Position numbers and translations under genes: made by a program. From the NCBI GenBank assembly GCA_041662665.1, contig JBAZSC010000001.1:257511-321510 (forward strand): a stretch of 64,000 nucleotides of DNA, read 5' to 3'. Positions 25,175 to 34,831 of the stretch are shown here, piece after piece (position 1 is the first letter of the stretch; each line of letters begins with the position of its first letter). A model generated the notes under the pieces. It was given only the letters and a program-made list of their open reading frames with translations, made no database searches and had not been told where the DNA came from. The stretch comes from Patescibacteria group bacterium (GTDB taxonomy: Bacteria > Patescibacteriota > JABMPQ01 > JAQVVF01).

Positions 25175-25555
25175 ATGCAAAAATATAATGGGAAAATTTT
25201 TACAGGAATTGGTGATTTTTCAAAAAAAATGTCTGGCATACCAGGATTAATGCAGGCGTATGAAAAAAAATTAGGAATTAAACTCTATCCTGGTACCTTG
25301 AACGTTAAAATTGAAAAGCCTTTTTCCTTCCCCAAAAAAAGAATGAGGTTGGAAAAAGAAGAATATAAAGGTAAAGTATCAATAAATATTTTACCTTGCA
25401 AAATAAATGGCGTAAAAGCCTTTATTTTAAGAACTGATAAAAACGAAGAAGAAAAAGGAATTTATCCTAAAACAGTTTTAGAAATTGCTAGTGGTTTTCG
25501 ATTACGGGATAAATTAAATATTAAAGATGGCGATGAAGTAATAATAGAAATATAA
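25175..25555 (+). CDS. archaeal-type CTP-dependent riboflavin kinase-like (DUF120/RibK) protein
   Basis: 126 aa. GIGDFSKKMSGIPG...LGIKLYPGTLNVKIEK...LNIKDGDEVIIEI parallels MJ0056-type RibK (G.G.G...PYPGTLN...LKDGD.V.I). Inserted between pheS and pheT. Confidence 0.5.
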   Translation: MQKYNGKIFTGIGDFSKKMSGIPGLMQAYEKKLGIKLYPGTLNVKIEKPFSFPKKRMRLEKEEYKGKVSINILPCKINGVKAFILRTDKNEEEKGIYPKTVLEIASGFRLRDKLNIKDGDEVIIEI

Positions 25556-25568
25556 TTTTATAACGATT

Positions 25569-27902
25569 ATGAAAATATCTGTTAATTGGCTAAAAGACTA
25601 TGTTAAGATTTCTGATCCACAAAAAACTGGAGATGATTTAACTATGTCCATTGCTGAAGTAGAAGAAATCGAAGATCTTTCTCAAAAATTTTATGGCATA
25701 ATCATTGGCGAAGTTATTGAAAAAAAGAAGCATCCAAATGCAGATCGTTTGAATTTAGCAAAAGTAAATATAGGCAAAGAAATTTTAGACATTGTTTGTG
25801 GCGCTCCAAATTTGGAAGAAGGCCAAAAAGTTCCAGTTGCTGTCATTGGCACAAAATTACAAAATGGCATGGTTATCAAACCAGTTGCCATCAGAGGCCA
25901 AAAATCTTTTGGCATGATTTGCTCTGAAGAAGAATTGGGCTTAGCCAAAAAATCAGAAGGCATTTTAGCTTTGGACAAAGGCGCAAAAGTCGGTGAGGAA
26001 TTCAGCAAATACCAGAATTTAGACGATATTATTTTTAATATTGATAACAAATCATTAACTCATCGATCTGACTTATTTTGCCATATTGGTATTGCCAGAG
26101 AAATTGCAGCAGCAGAATCGAAAAAATTATCTTTGCCAAAATTACCAAAAATAAAAAAAGTTAACAAAAAAATTGCAGTTGAAATCAAAGACAAAAATCT
26201 TTGTTTTCGCTACATGGCAATTAAATTAGACGATATTAAAATAGGGGAATCGCCATTGTGGATGCAATCAAGACTAACTTCAGCAGGCATGCGACCAATT
26301 AACAATATTGTTGATATTACTAATTATGTCATGTTGGAATTCGGCCAGCCATTACATGCTTTTGATGCTGATAAAATTGGCGATAAAATTGTAGTTCGCA
26401 AAGCCAAGAAAGGCGAGAGCTTAAAAACAATTGATGCCAAAGTTAGACAGTTAGATTCTGAAATGTTAATTATCGCAGATTCCAAAAAACCAATTGCAGT
26501 TGCTGGTGTAATGGGAGGATTTGATTCTGAAGTTTCCAAAAATACTAAATCAATAATTTTAGAATCAGCTAATTTTTATGCTTATTCAATAAGACAAACA
26601 GCCAGAAAATTAGGTTTGCATTCTGAAGCTGCAACAAGATTTGAAAAAAATATTGCCCCAGAATTAGCTTCTTATGCAATGCTTCGAGCTGTCCAATTAT
26701 TCCAAGAAATTTGTAAAGCTAAAATCGCAAGTTCAGTCAGCGATGTTTATTCCTCAAAACACAAAGCAATCAAAATTAAATTGGATCCAGAAAAAGCAGA
26801 TGAATTTTTAGGCGAGAAGATTCCTTTATCAAAAATCAAATCAATTTTAAAATCATTGGAATTCAAAATTACTGGCACAAAGAATTTAATTGTTGAAGTG
26901 CCATATTTCAGAATGGATATTCATAATCAAGAAGATCTATTTGAAGAAATCGCCAGAATTTATGGTTATGACAATATCAAGCCTCAAGCTTTAATCCAAA
27001 TATTAGAACCAGTTGCCAATTTAGCAGATTTGAAATTAGGAAATAATGCCCGAGATATTTTAGCTGGTTTTGGTTTTTCTGAAACTTACAATTATTCTTT
27101 TGTCTCGCAGAATTTATTGCAAAAATCAGGATTTAATTTTACGCAAAATATAAAAGTCTTGAATCCGCAATCAAAAGATCTGCAATATTTGCGTACTTCG
27201 CTTTTACCAGGTTTATTAGAAAATGTTCGCTTAAATTCCAAAAGATTTGAAAGCATTAAAATTTTTGAAATCGGCCATGTTTATCAAGATATCGAAAAAA
27301 AATATTTATCTGGAATAATTAGCGGTAAAAAAGAAAAAATATTTTATAATCTAAAAGGTGTTTTAGAAGGCTTGTTAATAAAATTAAATATTACTTGCCA
27401 ATTTGCCCAATTAGAAGAAACACCAAAATATTTAATTAACGGCAAATCAATCGAAATAAAGCAAGGACAAAAAATAATTGGCAAAATGGGATTAATTAAT
27501 CAAAACAATCTTGATCAAATGGGAATCAAAAAAATAAAAGTTGCTTTCTTTGAATTAGATATTAATGAATTAGTTGATGCATCAAAAAAAGACAAGAAAT
27601 TTCAGGCTATTCCAAAATTTCCAGAAGTTACGTTAGATCTTGCATTTATCTTAGATAAAACAATTCCTGCAGCAACAATTGAAAGAGAAATTTTAAAAGC
27701 TGGTCATCCATTATTGATAAAAGCAAAATTATTCGATGTCTATACTGGCAAGCCATTACAGTCAAATGAAAGAAATTTAGCCTATCATCTAATTTATCAA
27801 GATCCAAACAAAACTTTGCAGGATCAAGAAGTCAAAATAATTCAACAAAAAATTATCAATCAGCTTAGCCAGAAATTCCAAGCCAAGGTCAGAAAACAAT
27901 AA
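25569..27902 (+). CDS. pheT: phenylalanine--tRNA ligase beta subunit
   Basis: 777 aa. N-terminus MKISVNWLKDYV, tRNA-binding domain GIIIGEVIEKKKHPNADRLNLAKVNIG, plus B3/4, B5 and FDX-ACB regions. Confidence 0.9.
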   Translation: MKISVNWLKDYVKISDPQKTGDDLTMSIAEVEEIEDLSQKFYGIIIGEVIEKKKHPNADRLNLAKVNIGKEILDIVCGAPNLEEGQKVPVAVIGTKLQNGMVIKPVAIRGQKSFGMICSEEELGLAKKSEGILALDKGAKVGEEFSKYQNLDDIIFNIDNKSLTHRSDLFCHIGIAREIAAAESKKLSLPKLPKIKKVNKKIAVEIKDKNLCFRYMAIKLDDIKIGESPLWMQSRLTSAGMRPINNIVDITNYVMLEFGQPLHAFDADKIGDKIVVRKAKKGESLKTIDAKVRQLDSEMLIIADSKKPIAVAGVMGGFDSEVSKNTKSIILESANFYAYSIRQTARKLGLHSEAATRFEKNIAPELASYAMLRAVQLFQEICKAKIASSVSDVYSSKHKAIKIKLDPEKADEFLGEKIPLSKIKSILKSLEFKITGTKNLIVEVPYFRMDIHNQEDLFEEIARIYGYDNIKPQALIQILEPVANLADLKLGNNARDILAGFGFSETYNYSFVSQNLLQKSGFNFTQNIKVLNPQSKDLQYLRTSLLPGLLENVRLNSKRFESIKIFEIGHVYQDIEKKYLSGIISGKKEKIFYNLKGVLEGLLIKLNITCQFAQLEETPKYLINGKSIEIKQGQKIIGKMGLINQNNLDQMGIKKIKVAFFELDINELVDASKKDKKFQAIPKFPEVTLDLAFILDKTIPAATIEREILKAGHPLLIKAKLFDVYTGKPLQSNERNLAYHLIYQDPNKTLQDQEVKIIQQKIINQLSQKFQAKVRKQ

Positions 27903-27978
27903 AACCCGCCTTCGCTCCTCGTCATTTGGAGCTACGGCGGGCAGGCAAAAAAAACAAGACCTAAAAAGTCTTGTTTTG
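27903..27978. terminator. family B nested hairpin followed by a bidirectional terminator hairpin
   Basis: CCCGCCttcGCTCCtcgtcatttGGAGCtacGGCGGG, then CAAGACctaaaaaGTCTTGtttt, sitting between convergent pheT and the DHH-like gene. Confidence 0.5.
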
Positions 27979-28066
27979 TATTAGAAAAAGTATTCGCTGT
28001 ATTCGAAAATTTATTAGAGTGAGACCAAAAAAAAGACCGACGTAAATCGGTCAAAAAAGGTGCAAC

Positions 28067-29689
28067 TTATTCTGTCACTGCAATTGATGGAATTTCATCA
28101 GATCCGCGATCTGAAGTCATCTGGAAAAAGATCATCATTGCGAGCGATTGCTTGTCAGAGGTCAGGCTGTGGTAGAATTCACGCCAAGCCTTGCCTTGCT
28201 GTGAAGCATTTCGCATCTCAATGATTTCTTCAATCTGTGTTTGCAATTCTTGCTTTCCGGAAAGCATCTGATTGATGAACGTATCACGACGCTCTTCAAT
28301 CAAATCTTCGACTACAGAAGCAAGATAATCAAAATCCACAACATTCGAATCAACATGAAGACAAAAATCTCGATCGTCAGTATAGACCTCGAGCTCAATC
28401 TCGGGATAATGAGCTCTGATCCTAGCGACGATTTCTGCAGTATCCAAAAGGTCAACGCTCTGGAAGCCGGTGTTATAGATCACGAGCTGATTACGCTCTT
28501 TGTGACCAGTAACAACGAAATCCACGCGCTTTTTTCCAATTGGATACAAATCATTTGGTTCAATGTAAGGAGGCTTGCTGAAAAAGAATCTTGCAGTCTG
28601 TCCATTTACTCTGGACTGACTGAAATCTCCAACAAAATAGCTGATGCCATAACGGTTTACATAGCGACCCTTCTGCGATTCATTCAAGTTATAGCCAAAC
28701 ATTTCTCGAACTGAAAAGAAAGCTTCGATGCAGTAAAAAGCAGCTTGAACAGATTCTGCATAGAAGGCATGATCTCTTGAGCCGCCTGGTGTTACGCGAT
28801 AATTCATCCCTCGCATCAGGTTAGTGATGCCATAGAGATTATTCATCTCGTAATGAGGCCTGCCATCAAAAGGTCTGCCGTTGTCTTTTGCATCAATGAA
28901 ATCAGTCATGATTTGGATATGCTCGAAATTCGGAAGCTTAGTCAAGCGATCATTGTGAGCTCTGAATACCAGTCCAGTTGCAGACCAAGGCTGGTAGTAG
29001 AAAACTCTTCTGCCCTTCTGAAATTCTTCAGTACTGTAAGGGATATATTCATCTCCAATGCCCTTGCAGATAACAAGAGTCTGATCATCATATTCAGGGA
29101 AATGTCCATCATCATCTACGAATTCAACAAATACTTTGTCACGATCGAAAGAGAAAAGTTTGAAACTTTCGATCATTTTGTTCTTTACTGCAGACAGTCG
29201 CTTTGTTCTCAATGAGTTATCATTCAAAACAAAAACAACTCTCTTTGCATCTTCATTTGTTACTGTCTTAAGATTGGCATGATGATCATAATGAAACACT
29301 CTTTGTCCAGCCTTGAACTTTTCAGCAGTCCATGGGTCGAACTTGCATCCTGTATCAAGGTTAATGATCATTACGCGCGATCTTTTGACCGTGTTTCGAG
29401 CTACTGAAATTTCTGACTTTCCATCTGATTCTTCTTCATCATCAACATATGAAAGAAAACGTCCGAGTCCTGCATGGAAAAATCCATATTCAGTGTATGT
29501 CTCTCCGTTTTTCACAAACAACAAAATAATTCTAGCATCCATATTCGACAAACCAAAAGCTCGGCAAAACATGTCAAATGCACCTGCAACATCTCGATCT
29601 GGTGAGACATGTCCAACGAGAAGAATGAAATCCAAATGCAAATAATAAAACAAGTCTTTCAGTGCCATCTCGTCCTCCTTTGGATTCAA
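28067..29689 (-). CDS. DHH-family phosphoesterase-like protein with long uncharacterised C-terminal region; GC-elevated gene
   Basis: N-terminal motifs HLDFILLVGHVSPDRDVAGAFDM (DHH motif I, with PDRD in place of PDGD), VMIINLD and VFHYDHHAN (DHH motif III). A possible degenerate DHHA1 GGSRDH is present. GC is about 45%. AAAGGAGGACGAG lies immediately before the ATG. Confidence 0.45.
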   Translation of the reverse strand: MNPKEDEMALKDLFYYLHLDFILLVGHVSPDRDVAGAFDMFCRAFGLSNMDARIILLFVKNGETYTEYGFFHAGLGRFLSYVDDEEESDGKSEISVARNTVKRSRVMIINLDTGCKFDPWTAEKFKAGQRVFHYDHHANLKTVTNEDAKRVVFVLNDNSLRTKRLSAVKNKMIESFKLFSFDRDKVFVEFVDDDGHFPEYDDQTLVICKGIGDEYIPYSTEEFQKGRRVFYYQPWSATGLVFRAHNDRLTKLPNFEHIQIMTDFIDAKDNGRPFDGRPHYEMNNLYGITNLMRGMNYRVTPGGSRDHAFYAESVQAAFYCIEAFFSVREMFGYNLNESQKGRYVNRYGISYFVGDFSQSRVNGQTARFFFSKPPYIEPNDLYPIGKKRVDFVVTGHKERNQLVIYNTGFQSVDLLDTAEIVARIRAHYPEIELEVYTDDRDFCLHVDSNVVDFDYLASVVEDLIEERRDTFINQMLSGKQELQTQIEEIIEMRNASQQGKAWREFYHSLTSDKQSLAMMIFFQMTSDRGSDEIPSIAVTE

Positions 29690-29905
29690 AAATTGAGGGT
29701 ACGGTCCTGTCCCTTCGAACGTATTATATTAGCATATCTTTTTTATTTTGTCAATGAAATGCTGATGATTTGTCTCAAATAAGCCAAAATGAGAATTTAA
29801 TATTAATAATATTTATGCACAATTTGAGAGACCATTCTTGCAGAATTTATATATATTTGCTATACTTAAATTGTTTAGAAAACACATATTTTTTGTATTA
29901 AATTT

Positions 29906-31966
29906 ATGGCTATAAAGAAAGACACCAAAAAAAACGCTCCTAAAAATCCATCAGAAAGCTATGGAGCTTCTTCAATTACAGTTTTAAAAGGCCTTGATCC
30001 TGTCCGCAAACGTCCAGGTATGTATATTGGCGGTACTGGCATTGAAGGCCTTCATCATTTAATTTGGGAAGTTGTAGATAACTCAATTGATGAAGCTATG
30101 GCTGGATATTGTAAAAATATTAAAGTTACTTTATTCGAAGGTAACAAAGTTACAGTTTATGATGATGGCCGTGGTATTCCAGTCGAAATTCACAAAGCTA
30201 CCAAGAAATCAACACTTGAAACTGTCTTGACTGTTTTGCACGCTGGTGGAAAATTCGGTGGTGGCGGTTATAAAGTTTCTGGTGGCTTGCATGGTGTTGG
30301 TGTTTCTGTTGTTAATGCATTATCACAATATTTGAAAGCTGAAGTTACAAGAGATGGTTATCTTTGGGAGCAAGAATATAAACGAGGCAAGGCACAAGGA
30401 AAAATTAAAAAAGTAAAAAAAGCTTCTGGCACTGGCACAGCAATTACTTTTGATCCAGATCCAGAAATTTTTCCAAAGATAGAATTTGATTGGAAAACAA
30501 TTGTTACTCATTTGCGCCAACAAGCTTATTTAACAAAAGGCGTCAAAATTTCCATCACTGATGAAAGAAAAGGACATGAATTAGCGCCAAATATTCCACG
30601 CGCTCTGACTTTTTATTTTGAAGGTGGAATTTTATCATATGTAAAATTTTTAAATCGCACTGAAAAAGTAGTTCATCCAAATCCTTTTTATATTGAAAAA
30701 GCAAAAGGCGATTGTTTGGTAGAAGTAGCGTTGCAATATACTGAAGAGATCAAAGGTATTGAAATGACTTTCGCCAATAATATTTATACTCCAGAAGGTG
30801 GTACTCATCTGATGGGTTTCAGAACTGCTCTAACTCGTGTTATTAATGATTATGCTCGAAAAAATGGTTACCTCAAAGAAAAAGAAGACAATTTAACTGG
30901 TGATGATGTTCGTGAAGGACAGACAGCAGTTGTTTCTCTAAAACTTCCAGAGCCTCAATTTGAAGGCCAAACAAAAGCAAAATTAGGCAATTCCGAAATT
31001 AGGCCAATTGTTAGTTCAATTGTTTATGAATATTTCTCTCAATTCTTAGAAGAGCATCCGCAAGATGCGCGAGCTATTATGGCAAAAACTTTGCTAGCTT
31101 GCAAAGCCAGACTCGCTGCTAAAGCTGCCAAAGAAACAGTAATTAGAAAAGGCATTATGGAAGGTCTGACTTTGCCAGGAAAATTAGCCGATTGTTCATC
31201 AAGAAAACCAGAAGAATCTGAATTATACATTGTTGAGGGCGACTCCGCTGGTGGTTCTGCCAAACAAGGTCGTGATCGAAATTTCCAAGCCATTCTTCCT
31301 CTTCGCGGTAAAATTTTAAATGTCGAAAGAGCAAGAATTGACAAAATGCTAGGTTCAAAAGAAATCAAAGCTTTGATTATTGCTATGGGTATGGGAGTTG
31401 GTGAAGAAAAAGAAATTGAAAAAATGCGTTATCACAGAATAATTATCATGACTGATGCTGATGTTGATGGCGCTCACATCAGAACTTTGCTATTAACTTT
31501 TTTCTATCGCTATTATGCAGAAATAATCGAAAAAGGCTATCTTTATATTGCTCAACCGCCATTATATCGAGTTGAAAAGAATAAAAAAGTCGATTATGCC
31601 TATACTGATCAAGATAAAGAAAGAATCTTAAAAGAAATTGAAAAAACATCTGTTGCCAAAAAAACTAAAAAAAGCAAAATAGAAAAAGCTGGATTTACTG
31701 TTAAAGAATTGGAAACAGGTGAAGAAAATGGTGAAGAAAAAGTCGCTGGCGTTAATATTCAGCGTTACAAAGGTTTGGGTGAAATGAATCCTGAACAATT
31801 ATGGGAAACAACAATGGATCCAAAAAATCGCGTTATGCTTCAAGTTAAAGTAGAGGACGCAGCAAAAGCTGATGAAACTTTTGATATTTTGATGGGCAAT
31901 GAAGTTGAGCCTCGCAAACGTTTTATTCAAACTCATGCTGCCAAAGTTAAAAATTTGGATATCTAA
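29906..31966 (+). CDS. gyrB: DNA gyrase subunit B (type IIA topoisomerase ATPase subunit)
   Basis: GHKL ATPase motifs LHHLIWEVVDNSIDEAMAG and GGLHGVGVSVVNALS. Toprim EGDSAGG and PLRGKILNVE, then C-terminal QRYKGLGEM. Confidence 0.88.
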   Translation: MAIKKDTKKNAPKNPSESYGASSITVLKGLDPVRKRPGMYIGGTGIEGLHHLIWEVVDNSIDEAMAGYCKNIKVTLFEGNKVTVYDDGRGIPVEIHKATKKSTLETVLTVLHAGGKFGGGGYKVSGGLHGVGVSVVNALSQYLKAEVTRDGYLWEQEYKRGKAQGKIKKVKKASGTGTAITFDPDPEIFPKIEFDWKTIVTHLRQQAYLTKGVKISITDERKGHELAPNIPRALTFYFEGGILSYVKFLNRTEKVVHPNPFYIEKAKGDCLVEVALQYTEEIKGIEMTFANNIYTPEGGTHLMGFRTALTRVINDYARKNGYLKEKEDNLTGDDVREGQTAVVSLKLPEPQFEGQTKAKLGNSEIRPIVSSIVYEYFSQFLEEHPQDARAIMAKTLLACKARLAAKAAKETVIRKGIMEGLTLPGKLADCSSRKPEESELYIVEGDSAGGSAKQGRDRNFQAILPLRGKILNVERARIDKMLGSKEIKALIIAMGMGVGEEKEIEKMRYHRIIIMTDADVDGAHIRTLLLTFFYRYYAEIIEKGYLYIAQPPLYRVEKNKKVDYAYTDQDKERILKEIEKTSVAKKTKKSKIEKAGFTVKELETGEENGEEKVAGVNIQRYKGLGEMNPEQLWETTMDPKNRVMLQVKVEDAAKADETFDILMGNEVEPRKRFIQTHAAKVKNLDI

Positions 31967-32035
31967 ATTTAGGTACTTAGTTTCTCAGGCACTTAGGGAT
32001 TTTAAAACAATAAAAAAAGAGAGACAATTCTCTCT

Positions 32036-32380
32036 CTACCAATATAGTACAATTATCAAAGTATCAGAATCACCAAAGGTTTCAGGAATATCAAGCACTC
32101 CAGTGATCAGAAGATAGCATTTTTCTTCTTGAAAACCATCAATGTCATGCCAACAACAAACTCTGTTCGAAAAGCTCTCATCAGAAAAACAACCAATTGC
32201 GCATTCAGAATCATCTTCTAGATTTCCAGACCAAGCCTGCATTTCAAAAACGGGAAATTGTCCACAAGCACTTTCCATTTCATCTTCATCTTTATCAAAC
32301 ATTGCTTCAGAATTGTTAACAAAAGAACAAACCATCAAAATGCACATCACTGAAATCACCAAGAGCCCTGTTTTCCTCAT
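32036..32380 (-). CDS. small secreted Cys-rich acidic protein (signal peptide plus 6 Cys)
   Basis: N-terminus MRKTGLLVISVMCILMVCSFVNNSEA is a signal peptide. The mature part is D/E-rich with CG..C.IGC...CC.H...C. GAGGAGGAGGAAAAA lies immediately upstream of the ATG. GC is about 40%. Confidence 0.45.
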   Translation of the reverse strand: MRKTGLLVISVMCILMVCSFVNNSEAMFDKDEDEMESACGQFPVFEMQAWSGNLEDDSECAIGCFSDESFSNRVCCWHDIDGFQEEKCYLLITGVLDIPETFGDSDTLIIVLYW

Positions 32381-32552
32381 TTTTTCCTCCTCCTCAAGGT
32401 GCTACAGAAAAAATATCATTGTTTTTGATTTTTGTCAATATCATCCCAAAAAATAAAAAACTCTTGACAATCTAATTATTTATTAATATAATGGAACTAA
32501 TAAATAGTGGTTCCAGCCGCTGTTTTTTTAAACATAAATTACTGATTGGAAA

Positions 32553-32645
32553 TCTTTCTGCGTTTTCCGCGTTGGATTCCGCATTTTCCGCGTTAAAAAC
32601 TTTATCGCAGAAAAACGCAGAATTGAACGCAGAAAACGCGGAATA
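32553..32645. repeat. CTGCGTT-unit palindromic repeat (family A), intergenic copy
   Basis: tttCTGCGTTttccGCGTTggattccgcattttccGCGTTaaaaactttatcGCAGAAaAACGCAGAAttgAACGCAGAAAACGCGgaa. Confidence 0.7.
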
Positions 32646-32666
32646 AGAACAATCAAAAAAAATATT

Positions 32667-32864
32667 ATGAAGATCAAAGAAATTTTTCCAAAAGTTATCA
32701 ATTATTTTAAGGAATCCAGAGAAGAATTAAAAAAAGTTGTATGGCCAACTAGACAAGAATTATTTCGCCATACTTTAATCGTTATCGGCGTTTCACTTGT
32801 AACAGCTGCATTTTTGGGAGTTTTCGATTACGGATTTTCTAAATTATTGCAATTATTTATTTAA
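32667..32864 (+). CDS. secE: preprotein translocase subunit SecE
   Basis: 65 aa. EELKKVVWPTRQEL plus one C-terminal TM helix. Sits immediately upstream of nusG, the conserved gene order. Confidence 0.8.
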   Translation: MKIKEIFPKVINYFKESREELKKVVWPTRQELFRHTLIVIGVSLVTAAFLGVFDYGFSKLLQLFI

Positions 32865-32906
32865 TTTCTAGTTACTTATTACTAGTTACTAATTACTATA
32901 TTTTTT

Positions 32907-33452
32907 ATGCCAAAGCAAATAGGCCCAAAGGAAAGACAATGGTATGTTTTGCACACTTATTCTGGTTATGAAGAAAATGTCTCAGAAAATTTAAAACAGA
33001 GAATTGAGTCCATGAATATGCAGGACAAGATTTTTAATGTTTTAGTTCCAAAAGAAAAAAAGATCAAAATTAAGAATGGTAAAAGAAAAACAGTTGAAGA
33101 AAAAGTTTATCCTGGCTATGTTTTAGTTGAAATGATTGTAACTGATGAGTCATGGTATGTTGTAAGAAATACTCCGAATGTAACAGGCTTCATTGGTTCT
33201 GGCACAATTCCACTTCCTATTTCTGAAAAAGAATATGAATCATTGAAAAAGAGAATGGGAGTTGAAGAGCCAAAATTCAAGATTGATGTTGCAATTGGCG
33301 AGACTGTTAAAATCACTGATGGCCCATTCAAAGATTTTGATGGCAAAGTCAACAAAATTGATGAAGAAAAAGGAACAGTCAAAGTCCTTGTTAATATGTT
33401 TGGCAGAGAAACTCCAGTTGAATTAGACTTTTTGCAGATAAAGAAAATATAA
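32907..33452 (+). CDS. nusG: transcription termination/antitermination factor NusG
   Basis: NGN domain WYVLHTYSGYEENV and KOW motif GETVKITDGPFKDFDGKV. Confidence 0.9.
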   Translation: MPKQIGPKERQWYVLHTYSGYEENVSENLKQRIESMNMQDKIFNVLVPKEKKIKIKNGKRKTVEEKVYPGYVLVEMIVTDESWYVVRNTPNVTGFIGSGTIPLPISEKEYESLKKRMGVEEPKFKIDVAIGETVKITDGPFKDFDGKVNKIDEEKGTVKVLVNMFGRETPVELDFLQIKKI

Positions 33453-33460
33453 ACAAAAAA

Positions 33461-33570
33461 GAATCTGGAATCTAGAATCTCGAATCTAGAATAGAATTTA
33501 GAATGTGAAATATTCTAAATTCTACATTCTTTATTCATTCTAGATTCTAAATTCAAGATTCCAGATTCTC
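33461..33570. repeat. long AT-rich perfect-ish palindrome (GAATCTAGAAT / ATTCTAGATTC arms)
   Basis: aatctggaatctagaatctcgaatctagaatagaatttagaatgtgaaatattc | taaattctacattctttattcattctagattctaaattcaagattccagattc. Confidence 0.7.
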
Positions 33571-33586
33571 GTATTAAAATAATAAA

Positions 33587-34126
33587 ATGTTAATTATCCA
33601 AGCTCTATATTTTATTCTGCCAGCCGGAATAGCCAACATGGCTCCAGTTTTCGCGAAGAAGATTAATTTTTTAAATATACCTGTTGATTTCGGTCAAAGT
33701 TTTCGCGGTCAAAGAATTTTTGGTGATCACAAAACTTGGCGAGGATATTTTGCTGCAATTCTAGTTGGTGTTATCATCGCCGGTATCCAAGCATATCTAT
33801 ATTTCAATTTCGAATTCTTTCAATCCTTGACAATCTTCCCATTTCGGGCGTATAATTTTATACTATTCGGTTTTTTATCAGCTTTAGGTGCAATGGTTGG
33901 GGATACAGTTAAAAGTTTTTTCAAACGTCAAGCACATGTACAGCCTGGACAAAAATTTGTTCCTTGGGATCAAATTGATTTCATCCTCGGCGCATTAATC
34001 TTTATCTCATTCTATTTTCGACCAAATTGGTTAGTCTATGTCATTTTATTAATCCTAGTTCCATTCTTCCATATCTTAATTAATAGAATTGGATTCTGGT
34101 TAGGAATACATAAGACGAAGTGGTAA
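33587..34126 (+). CDS. CDP-archaeol synthase family (CarS/DUF46-like) membrane protein
   Basis: 179 aa, multi-TM. GDHKTWRGYF matches the CarS G.NKTWEG motif. It lies between nusG and rplK. Confidence 0.5.
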   Translation: MLIIQALYFILPAGIANMAPVFAKKINFLNIPVDFGQSFRGQRIFGDHKTWRGYFAAILVGVIIAGIQAYLYFNFEFFQSLTIFPFRAYNFILFGFLSALGAMVGDTVKSFFKRQAHVQPGQKFVPWDQIDFILGALIFISFYFRPNWLVYVILLILVPFFHILINRIGFWLGIHKTKW

Positions 34127-34284
34127 ATGTAATACGAATTTACGAAATTAATTTGCGACCTTAGAAGCAAATTAATGCTAATATAGCGAAAATACGAATC
34201 GACGTATTCGCATATTCGCAGATTGGCATAAATTCGTAGATTCGTATTATATATAAATTATTAACTAAGTATTAAACAATATTT

Positions 34285-34707
34285 ATGGCAAAAATCAAGA
34301 CAGTGATCAAACTTCAAATTCCAGCTGCAAAAGCAAATCCAGCTCCTCCAATTGGTCCAGCATTAGGCCAACATGGTTTGAATATTCAGGAATTTTGTAC
34401 AAAATTTAATGCTGCAACAAAAGACAAAGCTGGAGATATTATTCCAGTAGAAATTACTGTTTACGAAGATCGAACTTACGATTTTATTTTAAAAACTCCT
34501 CCAGCAGCTGAATTATTAAAAAAAGCTGCAAAAATTAAAAAAGGTTCAGGAACTCCAAATAAACAAAAAGTTGGAGTAGTCACAAAAGCTCAATTGCAAG
34601 AAATTGCAAAAGTAAAAATGCCTGACCTAAATACTGATAATGTTGAACAAGCAATGAAAATCATTGAAGGTACAGCAAAAAATATGGGACTTACCATTAA
34701 AGGTTAG
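34285..34707 (+). CDS. rplK: 50S ribosomal protein L11
   Basis: [34 protein letters not shown] is the canonical uL11 N-terminus. Confidence 0.92.
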   Translation: MAKIKTVIKLQIPAAKANPAPPIGPALGQHGLNIQEFCTKFNAATKDKAGDIIPVEITVYEDRTYDFILKTPPAAELLKKAAKIKKGSGTPNKQKVGVVTKAQLQEIAKVKMPDLNTDNVEQAMKIIEGTAKNMGLTIKG

Positions 34708-34711
34708 TTTT

Positions 34712-34808
34712 TCTTTCTGCGTTTTTCTGCGTAAGTTTTTGCGTGATTCTGCGTTCAAGATTTTAACGCAGAGATACGCAGAATTTGACGCAGAAGACGC
34801 AGAATTAA
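34712..34808. repeat. CTGCGTT-unit palindromic repeat (family A), intergenic copy
   Basis: tttCTGCGTTtttCTGCGTaagtttttGCGTgattCTGCGTTcaagattttAACGCAGAgatACGCAGAAtttgACGCAGAAgACGCAGAAtt. Confidence 0.7.
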
Positions 34809-34831
34809 TATAAACGTCAATCAAAAATAAA

